Assembly: GCA_951406725.2 (NCBI GenBank)
Contig: OX597814.1
Span: forward strand, 159,898,001-159,962,000
DNA: 64,000 nt
Reading direction: 5' to 3'
Source: Octopus vulgaris
Lineage: Eukaryota
Within the stretch, counting starts at the first letter, position 1; every line of letters starts with the position of its first letter. Below are positions 13,281-63,646 of the stretch, piece after piece. The translations under genes and the position numbers were made by a program. The notes below the pieces were generated by a model. That model saw only the letters and a list, made by a program, of their open reading frames with translations. It did no database searches and was not told where the DNA came from.

Positions 13281-14587
13281 ATATGTATATATATATGAAA
13301 TCATAAGTGTGGTCATTGCCTGTAGCATGATCTTCAAATGTCAGGCCTCATGGAGGCAATGACAAGTGACCAAGATCTTTGGTAATATGCTGTGCTTGAG
13401 AAGACTCGTCAAGCCAAGTGAAAGTGTAGTCATGACCGTTGCCAGTGTTATGTAAATGGCGCCTGTGTTGATGGCATGTAAAACACACCCATTACACTCT
13501 GAGTGGTTGGAATTAGGAAGGGCATCCAGCCATAGAAAACCATGCCAAATCAGACTAGAACCTGGTGCAGCCTTGCAGTCAAACTTTCTAACCCATGCCA
13601 GCTTGCTAAGTGGACATTAAGTGATAATAATGAGGATATACATACACACACTCACACAACATAGGACTGGATTTGAACTAGGAATTTTTATTTATAAATT
13701 AAAATGCAAGTGTTAATGAAGTTCACATTACAACGACATGGCTTCATGGCTTCCACTGCACGACACCTTGGCCAAGTGTTTTGTCTATAGTCTCAGGTTT
13801 TGTGAGTAAAATTGGTCAAGAAACTTCTCTCTCTCTCTCTCACATACACACACAAACTTGCACATGCTTGTATGTGAGTATTTATTTCTGTGTCTCTTGT
13901 GTGACCTGTTTGGGTTGTAGCAGTCTTATGTTTACATTTTCCATAAACAGTATATGGCCATAGCTCTTCAATTTCATTGGTTCTTTTCATATGAATTAAT
14001 ATAAACACCTGAAACACTTTAGATTAAAATTATCAGTGTTATAACATTTATAATGTATTTGCAATGTGGAATGGAATAGCTGAAATATTTTGTCTCAGAG
14101 AAACATCTTCTCAAAGAGTCTTGTGTGTTAGAGACACAAGTCTTAGCTCAGATTGCCAATAGGTGGACAGACAAGGGTTTTGACCTGATGATTACCCCAG
14201 ATGTCATGACTAGTGAAATAAAGACACCCTACTTTAAAAAAATACAGGTAAGAGATGGCAATAGAAAAGCTTCTAGTCATATTAATGTTCATGTGTATTA
14301 ATGTCCTGTCAATCCTTATAGGAATGGAAAAAGTAATAAAAAATTTAGAGAAATGTATATATATCCAGGAATAAGACAACCAAGAATAAGTGGAAATCAA
14401 ACCGTTTGAAATGTAGTGTGGATGTAAATAATAAGTGTTTCATCTCTGAAGATTTGGTTATTAGTTTCAAAAAAAATATTTTCTCTGTTAACAGTTACTC
14501 ATCTCAGATATTTAATCATTTATAAGAATGATAATTTATTTTTTTGCTAGGTATTTTCACTAATTGAATTATGTTTTTTTGTCTTAG

Positions 14588-50904
<36,317 letters not shown>

Positions 50905-52322
50905 GTAAGTTCATTTTACATTTTTGTCCCCTACCCCATGGTAGAGTCGTCCAATTCATTTAATGTCTTCATTAAATTTTCAGATCAAGTAAATGATAAT
51001 AAAGAAATATCATCACAAATCTCTAATGTGTCTTGTAGGGATACTAATGGACTCTACGTGATGGCCTGTCTAGAAATAGTTGTCAAGCCACCCTCAAAAA
51101 GCATCTTACTAATTTTGGTTGCAATTATAGACACACTAATGACATAATTATCATTGTTATTTTAATGTCTACTTTCCCATACTTGCATAGATCCAACAAA
51201 AGTACAGTTGTGTAGGGTTTTCTACAGCTGGATGCCTTTCTTGATGACAACCTCCTCCTGATCCAAATGAGATAATAATTTTCAGTCTACTGAACAACAA
51301 ACAGCCTGTGGATGTTTATGGAGAGAACTAGAAACAAATGCCACTGTATAAATGAGACTTTTGTTTACAAAGCTTGTGCAATAATGTCAAGAAGCATGGA
51401 CAAGCTTTTGTGGTGGGTTACCCACAAACAACATAGTCAGTGAGCACTGATGTTTACAACCAATGAATATATGTGAAGATGAGGGGAAATACAAACTCAC
51501 TCGCACAAAAACACATACATATACATATATGCATGTGAACAACTGGCCTTAAGTTTCTGTCTACCAAATTCACTCACAAGCTTTGGCTGGTCCAGTGTTA
51601 TAGTAGAAGAAACTTGCCCAAGGTGCCACTCACTGTGACTGAATCCAAAACCTCATGGTCTAGAAGCTAACTTCTTAACCACATACCTATACCCTACACA
51701 CACACACACATCATCTGCATCATTCAACATCCACTCTGGCATGCTTACACGAGTGAAATGGAATTTGTTGAGACAGATTTTCTAGTCAGATGCCCTTCTT
51801 CTCTTCAACTATCACACGATCTCAAGACAAGGGTATGTACACATGCACACACACACAAAAGTATGATGGGCTTCTTCCAGTTTCTATCTACCAAATTCTG
51901 CTCATAAGCACCATCCGTTCATGTCCGTTGCCAGCCTCGCCTGGCCCTCGTGCCGGTGGCACATAAAAAGCACCATCCGTTCGTGGCCGTTTGCCAGCTC
52001 TGTCTGGCACCTGTGCGGGTGGCACGTAAAAAGCACCCACTACACTCACGGAGTGGTTTGCATTAGGAAGGGCATCCAGCCGTAGAAACACTGCCAGATT
52101 TGACTGGGCCTGATGAAGCCTTCTGGCTTCACAGACCCCAGTAGAACCGTCCAACCCATGCTAGCATGGAAAACAGACGCTAAACAATGATGATGATGAT
52201 GAACACCCAGGGCTATTGTATTAATCACTTGCCAAAGTTCCACACAATGGATTTGAATGCCAGACCACATGGTTATGAGGCAAGCTTCTTAACCATACTG
52301 CCATGCCTGTTCCTATCATATA

Positions 52323-52705
52323 TCTCTCTCTATATAAACGGCAGTTTGTCTGTGCGTGTTTCTGTGTGTCTGTTTGCTTGTACCCTCACTCTGACCATGG
52401 CTTTCAACCGATTCTGATGAAACTTGACACACACATAGCCCAATGTCATAATTCAAAACTAACGCAGCGAAAATTTTGAAAAGTTCCCCCAGTTCTGAAA
52501 AAATCGATAAATTCGACATGGGGTCGAGAATCAAAAAAACAAACCACAGACTGTCTAGGGGACGCAATTCAACCTTTTTTACTCTCAAAAAAAAATTTAC
52601 CATCATTTTTTTTCCATTTTTTTGCTATTTTTTGGCTATAACTCTCTAAAAATGCTTTATAGTTATTTCCCTTACAAACCTGAGCAACGCCGGGCGATAC
52701 TGCTA

Positions 52706-52706
<1 letters not shown>
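52323..52706 (+). mobile_element. Non-autonomous Helitron
   Basis: Inserted between A and T; 5' TC; internal GTCTGT-type microsatellite; 3' hairpin (cctgagcaacgccggg) followed by CTAG. Confidence 0.75.
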
Positions 52707-52757
<51 letters not shown>

Positions 52758-55700
52758 TTTTACTTGTTTCACTCATTTGACTGCAGCCATGCTGGAGTAC
52801 TGCCTTTAGTCGAACAAATCAACCCCAGGACTTATTCTTTCTAACCCTAGTACTTATTCTATCGGTCTCTTTTGCCAAACCGCTAGGTTTTCCGGGGATG
52901 TAAATACACCAACATTGATTGTCAAACGATGGTCGGGGAACAAGCACAGACATGCACACACACACACACACATATACAATGGGCTTCTTTCAGTTTCCGT
53001 CTATCAAATCCACTCACAAAGCTTTGGCTGGGCCAAGGCTATAGTAGAAGACTCTTGCTCAAGGTGCCATGCAGTTGGACTGAATCCGGAACCATGTAGT
53101 TGGGAAGCAAGCTTCTTCTTAATACACACACACACATATATATATATTTATATAAAAACACAGAAATGCACACACACACACACATATATTTATAAACACG
53201 CATATGCATGCACGCACGCACACACACACACATGCATGTGCGAGTGCACGCTCACACACACACATGTTGGTTACTGGCATAAAGTAACGCCACATTTATC
53301 AGAATACACAGTGTTAAGGATGTAACCATACAATGTAAAGGCTGCTCATATAGAAAAAGGTTCTTTACACTTCATCTTATGATCAATAGAAATTTAAAAG
53401 CTACATTTATAACAACCTTAAGATTTTGCCTTTGTTTTCTTCATTGTGATCTTCATCTTTTTTCTTATTTTTCTCTTCATTTTCATATATTTCCCTCCCT
53501 CCCTCCCTGCCATCAATTCTCATCCTTACATGCTCACCATCACTGTCCTAGTGACTGTTAACTTATAATCTCTCCTCCTTCTTTGAAAAATGTAAAAAGA
53601 AAAGAAAAAAAATTCTGTTTCATTATCTTGGTTGATGTCTGTGGTACCATTCAACTGATATATATATTGTTGTATAAGACATAGGTAGGTAAGTTAGATC
53701 AGCTGTTTAAAAACCTGAACAAATCACCATTGTCTTCACTTACTGTGTAGTAAGTAAACCAACTTTTCCTATCATTTGACCACAATTATTCCAATCCCTC
53801 CACCGCTGCCACTTCCTTTGTGTCTTCTTTCTATATCTGGTCTCTAGGAAAGCTAACCTTTGTCTTTCCCAAGCTTCTCTTTTTCTTTCTTTCTTAAATC
53901 TTTGTCTTTCTGTTTTACTTATATATATTTTTTTTTATACATGCACTGTACTCTAGCTTTTCTTCTGGTCAAAGTATATGCTTTTTTTTTGATTTTTAAA
54001 GAAAATTTTTCTTTTGTAATATTGAAATTGTCTGCAGTCTGTACAGCCTGCTGCAGATACAAGTGTCATTGCCTGACCTTTCATTTGTTCTGCTGCTTGC
54101 CATTCTCCATTGACAAGAGCAGCAGAGTAAATAGGTAGGGATGACTTGTAGTAGAAGGTCAACTGTTTTTATATCGCTAATAGAGGTGTGGGCTGAGTTG
54201 GAGAGATGGAGTAGCAAATATTATTGTATCACCTCTGTAGAAAAAAGGCTAATGTGTATAGGCATGTTAAGGAAATACATGATAATGTTGATAACAGTTA
54301 CTGTTGTTGCCATGAGGGAACAAGAAAATAATATTAAGACAATGTATTAGATGCAATCCCAGCACCTGAGTAACAGAGTTGTACCTGATGTTATAGTAAA
54401 AAGTTCACACGCATCCAAGACCTGTGTCTGAAATATTGTATGAGGGTACAAAACTGATTTTTAGGTGCTGGTAGCAGAGGTAGTCTTTCAAAATCCAAAG
54501 ATTTATCTATTTTAGGGACCCATCAGATTCTGATATTCACTTACCCCTCCTTGCTTCTCTGAGCCATGGACTGATGAATTGACTGGCCATCTCTTATGTA
54601 TGCCCTGCATACATCGTGGGCATGTGGTTACTTGACCTGCTAGAGCTAGATGCCAAATTCCTTCAAATTACACACCCTTAATCCATTATTCTGGTAAATG
54701 TAATGCTTATCTATTGACATTATTTTAAATTAACCATACATTACCTCATAGCTTTGAAATTTTGATGATGTGTTTGTTTATTTTTAGACTGACTTTGTAG
54801 GGTAGGTATGAGAGGCTGGATTTGACCAGTTTAAATATAAAGCAAGTAGAATATTTGGGTTGAACTTGCCCAGTTTAAATGCTAAAGGGTTAAAGACAAA
54901 TGTAGTTGTGAATATCAGGGCTTACCTGAGGTTGAACAACAATCACAGCATAGTAACAGTAAAGTAAATGAGGGAGCCTTTACATGGATGCAAAACCTGC
55001 CTGAAATAACAACCAAACATTCCTAAAATTGCATTCTACTATTTTTTAAAAAGAGGCATACATCTAATATAGTTCTGTAAACAATGTACCTGGAAATATT
55101 GGTGGTCCCCAGTATTGCTGGATCATGCTGAAACATATTTGATCATATCTGTTCATTCTTGGCAAATCTTAGCCTAAGCACCACCACCCTTGTAATAACT
55201 GATTAGTTTTTATGTGTCATATTGCCAAATTCTTTAGTCTTGTTTTCCTCTTCAGTATGACCTCCAGTCTTTTAAGTCTAATGTACATCATCACCTATTG
55301 ACTTCTGTCTAACGTCCATTTTATGCTAGTAGCTCTTATGTTTTCAGTGGTCTAAGGACCTTGTAATGAGTGAATGCTTAAAAAGAAAAAATCGAGGTCA
55401 TGTGTCAGCTCTCTCTGCTTTGGTTCATTATTCTCAATAATAGCAATAACTCCTTCCGTGTGTATGAAGGAGCTTCTATGTTACAGCCAGTCACCTTGCT
55501 ACAAACTTTTTAAAATAACATTTCTATATTAGACCATGTATTATAAACCCTAAATCTGCAGAGATGTTTATAATTCGAAAGCAATGGTTACAATCACAAT
55601 CAGAGTATTGATTACATAAGGTTTCTGGATCTGTGGGTATCATTATCATCATCATCACTAACATCACCATGATAACCATCATCATCATTGTCATGGTTTT

Positions 55701-57512
55701 TAATCTGCTTTTCCATGCTGCCATGTGTTTGGATGGAAGACTTATTGAAGTTGATGTAGTGTTTTTAATGCTGGCCTCTCTTCCTGTTATCAGCTCTTAG
55801 TAAGGGTTTTTTTTTTATTCCCCTTCTCCTCACAACATGCAGAACTACAGGGTATGTTACTTTTAAGAAACCTAAATGCACCATTTGGTAGATGGAAACT
55901 GTGTGAAACCCTACCACTTATTCATGTATGTGTTTTTTTTCTTTAGCATTTGTATATCTTGTGAGAACAAAGATCTCCACCTGGAAAGTTTTCCAGGTCA
56001 GAAGCACCCAGTACACTCTGTAAAGTGGTTAGTTTTAGGAAGGGCATCCAGTCATAGAAACCATGCCAAAATAATTGGAGCCTGGGCAGCTCTCCAGATG
56101 GTCAGCTCCTGTCAAACCATCCAACCTATGTTAGCATGGAAAACTGATGTTAAATGATGATGACAATGAGGTGTCAGTGTAGTGCCCTCTCCAGGGCACC
56201 AACTTAGGGCAGGGTGTATGGAAGACTAGCAGTTTTCTATGCAGCAAGTTTGCCTTCTCTACACAACTGATGTTGCTGGCCAAAAGAAAAGCAAGGGCCA
56301 GTACAGCTTACATCATTATCATCACAGCAGTTTCTAGTATAAAGTTGAAGACAATGTCAGATTACTTTAGGGATTTCACTTAATGATGTGTAGTCAATTT
56401 ATTTGACCCCAGTACTTGATTGGTACTGGTATTTTTTTTTCTTATCAAGAGAGAAGGAAGAAAAAAGAAATTCACTCTTAGAAATCAGAGAATATTGCAA
56501 TGCATTTCTTTGGACTATTTTTCAATTATATTCTGTAGCTTTAGACAGTTTTATTATTGTAGTGTGTTTGTTATAAAGGCCATTCAAGGACAGAAGAACG
56601 GCTCTTGTGGTTTAGTGAGGCAAGTGTGGAAAATAAAAACCTTTACAAAATAAAACTAAAGACCCTGAAATGCCAGTAGTTAAAAGGAGAATGAACAGGA
56701 AAGTAAATCTTAAATGAAGCATTAGGTGAATGAAGAATTATTGGCTGTGGTCCAATACATTAGTAATTGTAAGGGGGGAATGCAAACAAAGATGAATGAA
56801 TGAAAAGGAAACAAGGCAAAAATATAATTGGTGAAGCCGTTAGAGCTTGTTACAATGAGAAGCCCTTAGGGTTGTGATACAAAGTTGATGTGGACTACTC
56901 CCCTAGTACATGTCCCTCCACAACCACTGCTAACACTGCCACTCATTCAGTATTAACACAAGTCTACATTTATGTAATTTGTTTATTTATTTATCTTATG
57001 CACACAGAGCTTCCATCCAATCTACCTGTTTTTCCTTTAAAGTGGCAAACTCGTGTTTTTCTTTAAATCACATTTGTACAAATGTAAGTTACTTAATTGG
57101 CTGTGATTAGCCTAACTAGATTGCATGATGAGGACGGATCACTGCTGTAGTTCAGTGCAAAAATTGTATAATGGTCCGTCTATGCAACACACACACAGAA
57201 GGGGAGAGAGAAAGAGAGAGGTGTGGAGAGAGATACATTCATACATACACATGTGCATATTGAAGTAACGTTTTCATGAAAGATCTTTTTTCTGCTGTAT
57301 ATGATTACATACACTCACATATGAGTTAGTTATCTTTTATCATATATGGTCCCATTATGGAGTTATAGGCCAGGTATGATTGCTGAAAATTCACATCTTA
57401 AACCACTCAAAGCTACTGCATCATTGTTATGCGATTCTCAGCTCTTTCTTTCATTTGCTATCATTATGGTTTTCCCACAAAGTCCACCACAAATTGCCGT
57501 TTTTGTCTTTAA

Positions 57513-57634
57513 TTAAGCATTGAAAAGTGGCTTCTCGTCAGGCCTGGCCTCTGAGTCACTCAGCGGTTGTTGTTCAATAGGACTTGACAAGGATAATTCT
57601 GGAATTATATGGTTGTCAAAATTGGCCATTGTTG
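57513..57634 (-). CDS. Candidate terminal exon or small ORF (ATMANFDNHIIPELSLSSPIEQQPLSDSEARPDEKPLFNA*)
   Basis: cccacag|CA acceptor is phase-compatible with the 58021-58095 exon; ends in TAA; weak polypyrimidine tract; internal ATG in acaATGG context. Confidence 0.35.
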
Positions 57635-58020
57635 CTGTGGGCTAATTTATACAACTGTGACCAGTGTTGGACACCTATAATCTTGCCAAGTATTGCCAAT
57701 AGTTGTTAGCCACTTCTGAATGAAGAGGAACCTAAGATTACTGAAATGGCTTTCCTTTGTATGAAACTACTCCAGGAAAATAATTTAGCAATTTGCAACC
57801 AAAATTACAACTGCTAATCCTTGTTTGTTATTTTTTTTTAAATCATTTTTCTCTCTCTTCCTTTTCCTTTTGTTTGTTCTTTCTAACTTTGAAACCCGTT
57901 GTCCGCCGAACACAAAAATAAGCAAACTAACTGAGTAAACATGTGACGTAGCCATGTTCATCGATAAGCAGCCTAATGAACGATATACAATTGTGCCTTT
58001 CTTCTTCCCTGTCACCTTAC

Positions 58021-58095
58021 CGTTCGTCGTAGGCCGTGTCATTATGAACGAGGCCGTTTCTTTTTCAGGACGATACCATCCAAGGGCAAACAACT
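58021..58095 (-). CDS. Candidate internal exon of an unidentified minus-strand gene (LFALGWYRPEKETASFIMTRPTTN)
   Basis: cctag|AG...G|gtaagg on the minus strand; 75 nt; only one frame is open (phase 1 to 1); CpG-rich unique sequence. Confidence 0.4.
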
Positions 58096-58738
58096 CTAGG
58101 AATTAGTGTTTTGTCGTGTAAGAATCAAGGAAATCATTATCTGGAGTGATAAGGATTTTCTTTATGGCAGTTTTATGTCGCATTGTAGACAGCTCTAGAA
58201 AAACAGTGTGCAGTGAAAAAGGGATGATATGGGACAATACCAGTAAATTTTGCTTCCTTTAGAATTGTGTGTGTTTGTGAGAAAGACTGATGTTCTACGA
58301 TCTTAACAGTTGATCTACATTGTGCAGTATTGTTCAAATTGACTTTAAGTAGAGAGTAGAGATGAAAGTTGATCGATATTATTGTTCACTTGAAATCTTT
58401 TATCATAATCCAAAAAGTCTGTGGCATTGACTAAATTCTTTTTACGTTAAGGAAATCTTAATCAATAACAAGGAAAATAAATAAATAAATAAAACCACAG
58501 GCCTGGCTTTAAGGTGAAGAAGCTTGCTTTGCAACTACACGGTCACGGGTTCAGTCCCACTACGCAGTATCTTGGGCAAGTGTCTTCTACTATAGCCTTA
58601 GAATGACCAATGCCTTGTGAGTGAATTTGGTGGATGGAAACTGTGTGGAAGCCCGTTGTATATATGTATGTGTGTATCTTATGTTTGTGGTTATCCCCCT
58701 CTTACTTTGCTTGATAAGTGGTATTGGCTCTTTTAGAG

Positions 58739-59254
58739 CAGCGGTCACCAAACTACAACCTGCGGGCTGGATCCAGCCTGCGACGTCAGTTTATCCGGTC
58801 CGCTGCTGCACTGTACTGCAATGAGAGTTTATTTACCTCTTGTATGGCATCACTGTTTGGAACAACTTATGTCTGTGAGCAAACATTTTCAAAAATGAAG
58901 TATGTGAAGTCAGCACATCGAACGAGGTTGAGTGATTTGAAAGCAACTCTCTTGGTTGGATGCAGCAAGCAAATATTGATGATATCTTAAAAGCTAAAAC
59001 CCAGTTTCACAAATCTCTCTAACCTTTTTTGCTGTTTAGTTTGTGAGATTCAGATATGTGAGCACTGGGTGTGATACAACTATCTTATTGCTAACGTCGC
59101 CTTCTCTGATAACTTTTTGATAAATAAATATGTTGGTTGTCTTTATTTTTTTGTGTATTCACCGTATTGTATTGAACAAAATGGTTATGCGACCCGTATT
59201 TATCATTCTCTCAGGTATCTGGCTCGCCACGAAAAAAAGTTTGGTGACACCCTG
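58739..59254 (+). mobile_element. Non-autonomous hAT (Charlie/Buster-like) element nested in a SINE
   Basis: TIRs CAGCGGTCACCAAACT / AGTTTGGTGACACCCTG; imperfect 8-bp TSD ttttagag/gtttagaa; C-terminal dimerisation-domain remnant SLFGTTYVCEQTFSKMKYVKS..R.RLSD. Confidence 0.85.
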
Positions 59255-60139
59255 GTTTAGAAGATTGGCAAAAGATATCGATAGATTAAGTGCCACACTT
59301 CAAAAAAAAAAAAAAAAAAGTACTCAGAGCGATTTGTTCGACTAAACCCTTCAAGGCAGTGCCCTAGCATGGCCACAATCCAATGACTGAAACGAGTAAT
59401 AAAAAAAATAATAACTCCTCCACCCCCACCCCCTAAAATCAATGCTCAATCAAAGAAATTACCAATGGCTGCAAGACTTGTTTATAAAATCCAATCCCTA
59501 CCCTCACCCCTCACTCTGCGAATCTATGTTCTGGTCATCATCTAACACAAGATCACCACCCCACACACACACATACACTTTTTTTCTACATTCCTCCCTC
59601 CGATCCGATCCGAACCGAGTGTCTCGTTAGTTCCTCGGTTCTTTTTTGTAATTATAACAAAATTATAACCTTATTTTGATATCTCTCTTCAACTTTCATA
59701 GTTAATTGTTTATATTTACAAGAAGCAGTAGACTGGCTCTTGTATTAAAAGTCGGTAGTGTTCTTTAGAATTGAGAACAATTTTCACTATTAAAATATGT
59801 GACATTCAATTTCGATGTTTGGGTAAATAATGATTAACTTCTGAAGGCTTTCTGGCTTTTCAGTTCTTTTTTTAAAAACATTGCCCCTCACCACCACCAC
59901 CATCAACTCCTTTTATTCTCACTGCATCTTGTTATTTTTCTCTGCATTTTGTATCGCTTCCTCATTTTGTCAAACTTTTATTCTGTTTTCAAGGAAAGAA
60001 GTTTGTCGTTCTTTTCTCTTTTGTGGGGGTGGGGGGAGGGCGGTGGAGTGTTATTTATTTATTTATTTATTATCGATTTAGAAAATTTGCTCATATGTAT
60101 ATTATTATAAATACACTCTGCTTGATAGACTGGGATGCG

Positions 60140-60450
<311 letters not shown>

Positions 60451-61339
60451 CTCAGTACATTTTAGTGTAATTAATTTTGTAACAATAACAATAATAATGT
60501 TTTCTTTATAAGCCACTGGGGCTCGCAAAAGAGACAATAAAAATATGATAAACGTTAAACAGCAGTTTACAAAAGAAAATGTCGAGGACAATTTATAGAA
60601 AGCAGAAAGATAGTGAAACACGTTGTATGGCGTACGTCAGTGTGTAGGACGAGTTATTTGTAAAAAAGAAAAAAAGAAAAACCTAATTATTATGCGAAAT
60701 ATATTTTTTAAAAAGTATAATAATAATTTAACAAGAAAGTTTTCTTATAAACGTTTTCTAACATTGGCAAACATTAAGGTTACTAGTTTTGAGTGCGAGA
60801 TTTATCCAATTTTAATCTACTTTAATTACTTGATTGGTGTTTGGTTAGTTTTGCAATAATAATAATAATAACTTTTGTTTTTATTATGATCGTTGAAAAT
60901 GGCTTATTTATCGATGTCAAGTATAGTGAAGATAAACTTCAAACGTTACTTAGCAGTTGTTGTTGCTGTTGTTGGTAGTAGTAATGGTGGTGGTGGTGTA
61001 GACGTTAGGAGATGTTAAATTTGAGTGTCTTGCAGTTAAGACTGAAGGTGAAAAACGGTAAACAGTCACAATCAGAAAGGCATGCTTTCTAAAACAAAAG
61101 CAGTTTTAACGAAACAATCAGTTAGCTTAGGCAATGGTGGTGGTGGTGGTTGTGGGTTATAGAAGTTGTGTGGAGAAACAATGACGATGGAAGGACGGTA
61201 ACGTTGGTGATGGTGGCGGAGTGTAAATTTTCAAAGGAGGTGATAGAAATGTTCTTGTTTTGATTCTTTGGGGTTTTTTTTTGTTTGTTTTTGTTCTTTT
61301 GTTTTTTTTTTCCTATACCGTGTTTCATATTGAACTAAC

Positions 61340-62130
61340 AAGATCATATTAATGGAGCGTTCAGGCGGCTGCACATTGGAGAGGTTTTAAAGTATGTTTT
61401 AAATATGTCTGTTGCTGGCACTTCTCCCTGACTCGACATCTAGTGTAAAAGCTAAACAGACCACGGCTACTCACACTTGCGCTAACAATAGATGCAATAA
61501 CATTGGCTGTGTGCTGGAGACACACACACAGAGGTAGAGAGAGGGGTAGAGCGAAAGAGAGAAAGAGAGGAGGAGGAAGAGGGGGAAGGCAGTTGCAGAG
61601 AGTGAGAAAGTGAAAGTAAGCAAACGATGTAGAAACATAATTGCGGTGCTGGGAGAGTTAAGTGGCGGCGTCAGCGGTCTGTGTAAACTTTCTCCATTCT
61701 GTTTACAAGGATGTGATTGTCTGTTTGAGGAAATGTGAACTGATCAATAAATAATTACAACTAACGAGTGAGGTGATCAGCGACAATCAATGGCAAATCA
61801 ACATGGTTTACCGGAAGTCTGCTTCTGTCGGAAAGGAGCGTGTCAGTTGGAGAGGAACCAATGCTCTCATCAGCGAATGACAATAGATTCGGTTTGTAAG
61901 AGTACCGTACCTATTTGAATAGCTATCTGTGGTCAAGGAAGTGGAAACGCATTTCCTCCTTCCCCCCTCGCTTTCTCCTCCCCTTCTCTCACCCTCTCTT
62001 TCTCTCTCTCCCTCATGTAAACATGTATGTTCTTCACTAACATAACACCGTGTGTTACACAAATTGACACACCCACAAATCGGCCCACTGACTGTTGTTT
62101 TCGTTGCTCTGTGTATCAATCAGTCGGCTA
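61340..62130. promoter_or_regulatory. CpG-retaining unique region, promoter-like or exon-like
   Basis: Elevated CpG, GA/CT tracts, ETS-like CCGGAAGT at 61811 overlapping a minus-strand donor CCG|GTAAAC. Confidence 0.35.
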
Positions 62131-63050
62131 GTTGCTGCTGATATTTAGCTCCCGGTCAACCCTGATCAAGAAGACCTATGAGCAAAACAATTCCATCCGT
62201 GACCATTCCTTATTTAAGGGAGTATTGATGTAATTTGAAAGGGTAGAATTTGGTTGCTATTTCTAGCAGATCGAGTGTCCGTGTAAATATTCTTCTAACT
62301 ACGGCTCAAAGTGAGAAATTTGTGGGGAAAGGAAGGGAACAGTTGATTGTATATTATTCAGTTACTTGACTGATACTCTTTTTAATAACCCAGAGGGATG
62401 AAAATCAATGTTAACTTTGGTAGGATTTGAACTCAGTATATACAGAGCTCGAACAAATTACTGCAAGGCAGTTGATCCAGTGGTCTAATCGAAGTTGTAT
62501 TAATTGGAGGGAGCTCGAGTTTTGTGTTACAGTTCAAAATTCCTAAGGCACAGATGATTAGATGGTCTGTTCTCAAGAATGTGCTACATGAGATACGGTA
62601 TGTGCCTAATGGTATCTCATGTAGCACATATTTATTAAATCATCATCATTACCTTTCGTTCTGTGACCTATCAGTAATGAGCAACCTGTAGTCTTCGGAA
62701 CATTTTGAATGGTATTCCTAACCATGACACCACAAACGATTGGAGTCTAGACAACTATCAAACTGTCCAACTCATGCCAGCATGGAAAATGGTCATTAAA
62801 CAATGATGATATGCTATTGGGATTAACCAATCACAATGTTTTGTAGATTAATGCAAAAAACAGGTGTAGGGTTAATCTTTCAAATTACATACAGTTCTTT
62901 GTCTGAAGGGCCACAACTATTTTCTTCCACTCTCTATGCTCTATGTTAATGTTACCTGTCATTCTGTGACCTGTCAGTATTGGGCAATCTGCAACCTTTG
63001 ATACATTTTGAATGGTATTCCTAACGAAAAATTATCTTGAAGTTTTTTTA

Positions 63051-63646
63051 TTGGGCCGCATTAAGATCCATAGAGGCTCTAAGCACTTAAAAGATTTTGG
63101 TACTCCCCTTATCATCATCATTGTTTAACGTCCACTTTCCATGCTAAGCATGGGTTGGATGATTTGACTGAGGACTGGCGAACCAGATGGCTGCACCAGG
63201 CTCCAATATCATCTGGCAGAGTTTCTACAGCTGGATGCCCTTCCTAATGCCAACCATTCTGAGAGTGTAGTGGATGCTTTTACGTGCCACTTGCATGAGG
63301 GCCAGTAAGGTGGTACTGGCAACGGCCATGCTCAAATGGTGTTTTTTATGTGCCACCAAAATATAAATAATGATAGACCATATAATAAATTTTTATTTTT
63401 CAAAATGAAGCAAGTCTAACAAGTAAGATGGAAAATGTTTATTTTTGTATACTTTCACTTTATTTATATTTGAAAAGTTTTCTCCTACTTTTTTTAATTG
63501 CAAAGTCTTTGATTAGATCCTCACTATAATACCATGAACAAACCACTTGGAATATTATTTTAGCATATTATTTTATTTCTGTGGTACCCCCTTCTCTTGA
63601 TGCCCTAAGCACATGCTTATTTTGCTTAATGGGTCATTCAACATTG
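63051..63646. mobile_element. hAT (Tip100-like) MITE interrupted by an RTE-tail repeat (~63110-63357)
   Basis: Degenerate GGGCCG.ATTAA.. terminus and repeated (C/T)CTAAGCAC subterminal motif. Confidence 0.45.

Noticed and set aside
52410-52425. CTGATGAAAC in the Helitron (also CTGATGA at 38172 and 54571)
   Set aside because: No stem II, GAAA and stem III architecture; chance matches.
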